Source: Tubulanus polymorphus
Lineage: Eukaryota; Animalia; Nemertea
Assembly: GCF_964204645.1 (NCBI RefSeq)
Contig: NC_134025.1
Span: forward strand, 1,426,001-1,490,000
Direction: 5' to 3'
Length of the DNA stretch: 64,000 nucleotides
Below are positions 39,880 through 64,000 of the stretch, piece after piece. A model generated the notes under the pieces. It was not told the origin of the DNA, ran no database searches, and saw only the letters and a list, made by a program, of their open reading frames with translations. Positions within the stretch are counted from its first letter, which is position 1. Every line of letters starts with the position of its first letter. A program made the position numbers and the translations under genes.

Positions 39880-42041
39880 AACTGCCATCATCATCGGGAC
39901 TCAGCTGCGCACTCAGTCAAAACTGGGATTCTGTTAATTTTTTAATGTGTAATTTTTGTAAATAAAATATTAATTTGATAGAATAACTTGTTTTATTTCG
40001 TCTGCGAGGAGGCGCTGTAGCAAACATGGGAATCAAAAGAGTGGGAAGAAGAGATGCTACCCAAATGAGCTCCGCCACCGGGGCCTGGCAGTCCAGGATG
40101 ATATCCGCCGTATAGTATCGCCCTCTATATTCGATTGATCGAGTTATGGATTATTTATTTCCTGGTTCTGGCTTTACATTTCGCCGTCACGAAAATGGTC
40201 AAATTTTCTACTTGAAAGGTTGGATTAGGCCGAAAGAGGAGTAAGCAACTGGCCTGAGGTAATTACAACGTTACGGCCTATTGAATTCGGCTATTTAAGG
40301 TTTAATTCACGTATTCGAGGCTGATTTGTAACTGCTCATTTATTTTTAGAGCCGCTTTATGGCTGGCTGTGCCGTGTGTAGTGTGTATTTATTAGTTGAA
40401 GTATGTGTTATGTGTATCGGTGAATCGGAAAGATCTAATACACACTTTCTAACATCAATCCAAAGATTAAAATGCAGATATAGTTCGAATATGTTTTACC
40501 CCATTTAATGGTTTAATTATGATTTATTATCAGTTTGTGAAAAGCTCTTATTATTTTATTGGACCTACATTCCTGCCTTAAAAACTGATTGGTTTTATTC
40601 CTTCCAGTTAGTCTTTGGAATGAATAACTGCACTTACTATTCATTGACTGGAAATCTATGATAGTTTGTCACGTATGAATGCACTGTCGGCTTTGTTGTT
40701 TGAAGTAGAATAAACCTGAAGTTTTACAATTGTTACTCATTATCCCGAGATTAACCTGTTCTGATCTCCAATTGGGACTCAAATAAATGTTTTTAATCGT
40801 CACACTGGTTAAATAGAGATACGTTACTCAGTGGTCTTCTGCGTGGCATATTAGCCCTATACTCAACACATTTTATATGTTTCTACCCTGGTTATTCATG
40901 AATGCCAATACCTACCCGGTCTTCTCCGAGTGCCTATCCTGAATTCACCCTCCATATTCCCAATAAAACCCTCTCTATTCCCAATACTTATTCAATCAAT
41001 CCCTAATACTGCTCTTATCTGTATTGCGAATACAGCCTCTTATTTTACCGATACCTCTAGATCTCTCTCTCTCTCTCTGTATTCCCAATACATCCATCCC
41101 CGGCAATACTGTATTACCAATAATGCCCTCACCGCACCAAATACAGTCTGTATCCAAAATACAGGCCCTCGGAGGAAAGTACAAAGTAAATGTAAAATGA
41201 AGATGTAACTGTTTATTGTGAATCACCATCTAAAATGATAAATACTTAAATTTTATACATGACATTTTTGACTCCCTTGAAACTGATCAGGATTTGAAGC
41301 ACGTTATCTATCCCCCGGTGTGTCATTAATCACAGTTTCTGAAACATTTCAGAATCTTTGAAGATTTTTCTTCTACAGTTTATATTAATTTGCTCTGCAG
41401 AGATGGAGAATAGGTGGTTCACTAGTGGTTCAGTAGCGGTTCACTAGAGCAATCTAATGTCATGTTCCTCTATTCATTGATTTATAGCATTGCTAACATA
41501 TAAAATCAATTAGTCTGATTTAGATGTTTATAAATCTCAACTATTAGAAATCAATGTTGTCAAAGTCCGTTAGTACATTTACATCTTAGATTCAATATGA
41601 TTGTGGTTTTAGAGTTCCTTGGTTTGTCATAAATGAATAAAAAGATCTGTCACTCCAATGAATATATGCATACACCGTTCAGGAATGAGTTTAACATTTT
41701 TCACTCCCTTATTCATTTTAATATTGGCCCAAACCTAAATCAGTTTTAGCAAGGCCCAACCTTTCTCATGAATACCTTTATAGATTGAAATGATTCATCA
41801 GTTTTTACAAACCTAGAAATTCATCCCACATTAGAACGATTCTTATAATTTCATACTGCATATTTAAACAACCCATCGGTTATAACAAATGAATTTTTTG
41901 GTGCCCTGAAGTTCATTGAGGTTTCACTGCGCTACATGTAGATATTCAATAAATCTAAACAGTCATGATTCTCACCTCCTTTGATTTACAGAATTTTCTG
42001 AATATCTGTATTCATGTATTTATAGGGCTTAGTTCGCTGAG

Positions 42042-63883
<21,842 letters not shown>

Positions 63884-64000
63884 GTACGTATTGAATATAT
63901 ACCACTCGGCCTGTGGAACCCAGGAACCCAGTTTCACAGTTATCTGATATAATTTGTAGTAGAATATTTACGCGTCAGATTTAAGGTTTGATATGTTATT

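Overview
AT-rich, intron-rich animal genomic DNA. It is probably from a non-insect invertebrate such as a lophotrochozoan, which is an inference from protein similarity and repeat types. There is no prokaryotic content or CRISPR array. Genes were reconstructed by hand from splice sites and reading phase: TCP11L1-like (+, 3229-7549); an E75/Rev-erb (NR1D) nuclear receptor with two candidate first coding exons and a very long F domain (+, 12624-26990); CRIPT (+, 36916-37996); an unrecognised two-exon 146-aa gene (-, 38547-39184); GTF2H5/TFB5 (+, 39664-39879); and the 5' part of phospholipase C beta-4/norpA (+, from 42042, running off the window). Introns and intergenic DNA carry many mini/microsatellites, MITEs (piggyBac-, Mutator- and PIF/Harbinger-like) and tRNA-derived SINEs. 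Most long ORFs in the supplied track are minisatellite artefacts. The strongest finding is in PLCB4. Two homologous 85-nt exons (62250-62334, 62740-62824) each have a U2-type acceptor and a U12-type GTATCC donor, and they share one downstream U12 branch point and acceptor. They look like mutually exclusive exons enforced by major/minor spliceosome incompatibility, and they are surrounded by RBFOX-type GCATG motifs.
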